The notes below the pieces were generated by a model, which was given only the letters and a program-made list of their open reading frames with translations, did no database searches and was not told the origin of the DNA. This document shows, piece after piece, positions 38,624 to 39,734 of a DNA stretch of 39,734 bases (positions within the stretch are counted from its first letter, which is position 1; every line of letters starts with the position of its first letter). Origin of the DNA: Escherichia phage vB_EcoM_SHAK7854; sequence record OR594182, one strand, 5' to 3'. Made by a program: the position numbers and the translations under genes.

Positions 38624-38699
38624 TAGAGACTAACTACACGCTAACCAACGTATGTAACAACTTTGGGTCACGGACGACCCGCTTTAAACTGGAGGTTTT

Positions 38700-38894
38700 A
38701 TGATTGAGTTAGACTTCAAGAATGAGGTCCTTAAAGCCTCTCCTATCGTCGGGACCGCTGCGGCTGATGGTGCCAGTCGGTTCTTCTTCGGACTTACACT
38801 GAACGAATGGTTCTACGTTGCAGCTATCGCGTACACCGTTGTCCAGATTGGTGTGCTAGTCTATAAAACGATTAAAGGAGGTGGTAAAACATGA
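38700..38894 (+). CDS. holin (T7 gp17.5 family)
   Basis: LDFKNEVLKASPIVGT, FFFGLTLNEWFYVAAIAYTVVQIG closely matches T7 gp17.5. Confidence 0.88.
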   Translation: MIELDFKNEVLKASPIVGTAAADGASRFFFGLTLNEWFYVAAIAYTVVQIGVLVYKTIKGGGKT

Positions 38895-39154
38895 CGCAGA
38901 TGGACTTAGAGAAGTTCCTCTTGATGCTTGATACTGAGCGTGCTCGACTTATGCTGCAAGACTTGCGGGATGACACTAAGCGTTCACCTCAGCTCTACAA
39001 CGCCATTGAGAAGCTGCTTGCTCGTCACAACTTTGTGTTAAGCAAGGTGTCTGTTGACGAGAAGACGCTGGCTGATATGGAGGCCCTGAACGCAGAGTAC
39101 GATAAGGTGCTTTCAGCGACTGAGGATAATGACACCGGGTATGGCGTTCAATAA
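38891..39154 (+). CDS. terminase small subunit (T7 gp18 family)
   Basis: LMLDTERA, RSPQLYNAIEKLLARH matches T7 gp18. Confidence 0.85.
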   Translation: MTQMDLEKFLLMLDTERARLMLQDLRDDTKRSPQLYNAIEKLLARHNFVLSKVSVDEKTLADMEALNAEYDKVLSATEDNDTGYGVQ

Positions 39155-39155
39155 G

Positions 39156-39205
39156 TGTTAGACTCAAGGTCATTACTGTATGTAGTGGCCTTTATGGTTA
39201 ACACT
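39156..39205 (+). repeat. hairpin element type B (candidate RNase III site, R18.5-like)
   Basis: GTGTTAGACTCAAGGTCATTACTGTATGTAGTGGCCTTTATGGTTAACAC. Confidence 0.5.
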
Positions 39206-39255
39206 AACTAGTGGAGGAGACTCTACGTGCAATCTGATAAACCGGGAGGGCAACT

Positions 39256-39705
39256 ATGCTCGAATTTTTAAAGAGAGCGGCTCCGTGGTTACTTGCAGCA
39301 GTGATGTTTGCTGGTGGCTACCACACCGCTAACAATAAGTGGGAGGCTAAGGTAAATGAAGAATACACCTCGAATCTTAAGGCATCGGAAGATACAAGGC
39401 TTGCTGTCCAAGCTGAAGTCAACAAAGTGTCCAAACGGTTTCAGGACGAAATGTCCTCGCTGGAAGGCAGCACTGATAGGATTATTGCTGATCTTCAGTC
39501 TGACAATAAGCGGTTGCGCATCCGAGTCAAACCAACGAGTGGAACCACGCAAAGTGACGGTCGATGCTTCATTGATGGTTACGCCGAACTTGACGAACGA
39601 GATGCTAAACGTCTTATCGCCATCGGAGTGAAAGGAGACAAGTGGATTAAGGCCCTTCAAGACACTGTGAGAGCCTTACAGCAAGAGAAGGAGGTGACGC
39701 ATTGA
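39256..39705 (+). CDS. Rz-like inner-membrane spanin (T7 gp18.5 family)
   Basis: MLEFL, LEGSTDRIIADLQSDNKRLRIRVK, ELDERDAKRL, WIKALQDTVRALQ matches T7 gp18.5. Confidence 0.88.
   Translation: MLEFLKRAAPWLLAAVMFAGGYHTANNKWEAKVNEEYTSNLKASEDTRLAVQAEVNKVSKRFQDEMSSLEGSTDRIIADLQSDNKRLRIRVKPTSGTTQSDGRCFIDGYAELDERDAKRLIAIGVKGDKWIKALQDTVRALQQEKEVTH
39356..39631 (+). CDS. Rz1-like outer-membrane lipoprotein spanin embedded in gp18.5 (+1 frame)
   Basis: PRWKAALIGLLLIFSLTISGCASES lipobox with Cys, then VDASLMVTPNLTNEMLNV. Confidence 0.7.
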   Translation: MKNTPRILRHRKIQGLLSKLKSTKCPNGFRTKCPRWKAALIGLLLIFSLTISGCASESNQRVEPRKVTVDASLMVTPNLTNEMLNVLSPSE

Positions 39706-39734
39706 GTAAAGACTTAGTGGCGCGTCAGGCGCTA
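39702..39734 (+). CDS. N-terminal fragment of terminase large subunit (TTG start), 3-prime partial at window end
   Basis: AAGGAGGTGA RBS then TTG; reading frame is contiguous with position 1. Confidence 0.5.
   Translation, partial: MSKDLVARQAL

Overview
This window is a complete, circularly permuted genome of a T7-like podophage (Autographiviridae, T7/T3 group), opened inside the terminase large-subunit gene. All credible genes lie on the + strand in canonical T7 order. After gene 19 comes a terminal region holding two exact tandem 183-bp copies of the direct terminal repeat, flanked by short ACCTACAGTC repeat arrays, then two candidate host sigma70 early promoters. The early region (3.3-5.8 kb) carries five or six small genes including an Ocr (gp0.3) homolog with a 50-aa C-terminal extension, each preceded by a conserved hairpin element, with no gp0.7 kinase. 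Downstream follow the single-subunit RNA polymerase, gp1.1/1.2, ATP-dependent DNA ligase, an early terminator, gp1.7 nucleotide kinase, Gp2, gp2.5 SSB, gp3 endonuclease I, gp3.5 amidase, gp4 primase-helicase, gp5 DNA polymerase, gp5.7, gp6 exonuclease, gp6.7, gp7.3, portal, scaffold, major capsid (with a conserved -1 frameshift site for a 10B form), a Tphi-like terminator, tail tube gp11/gp12, internal core proteins gp13-gp16, a mosaic tail fiber/tailspike gp17, holin, small terminase and Rz/Rz1-like spanins. Eleven phage-RNAP promoters share the consensus TAAACTATCACTATAGGGA, which differs from T7 and T3 in the specificity positions. The most interesting loci are the early-gene island, the extended Ocr, accessory insertions between conserved genes (after gene 1, between gp3 and gp3.5, and an ASCH-like gene between gp11 and gp12), a non-canonical gp16 N-terminal domain and the mosaic gp17. 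Protein identities are from recalled similarity to T7 proteins and motif inspection; no database search was run.
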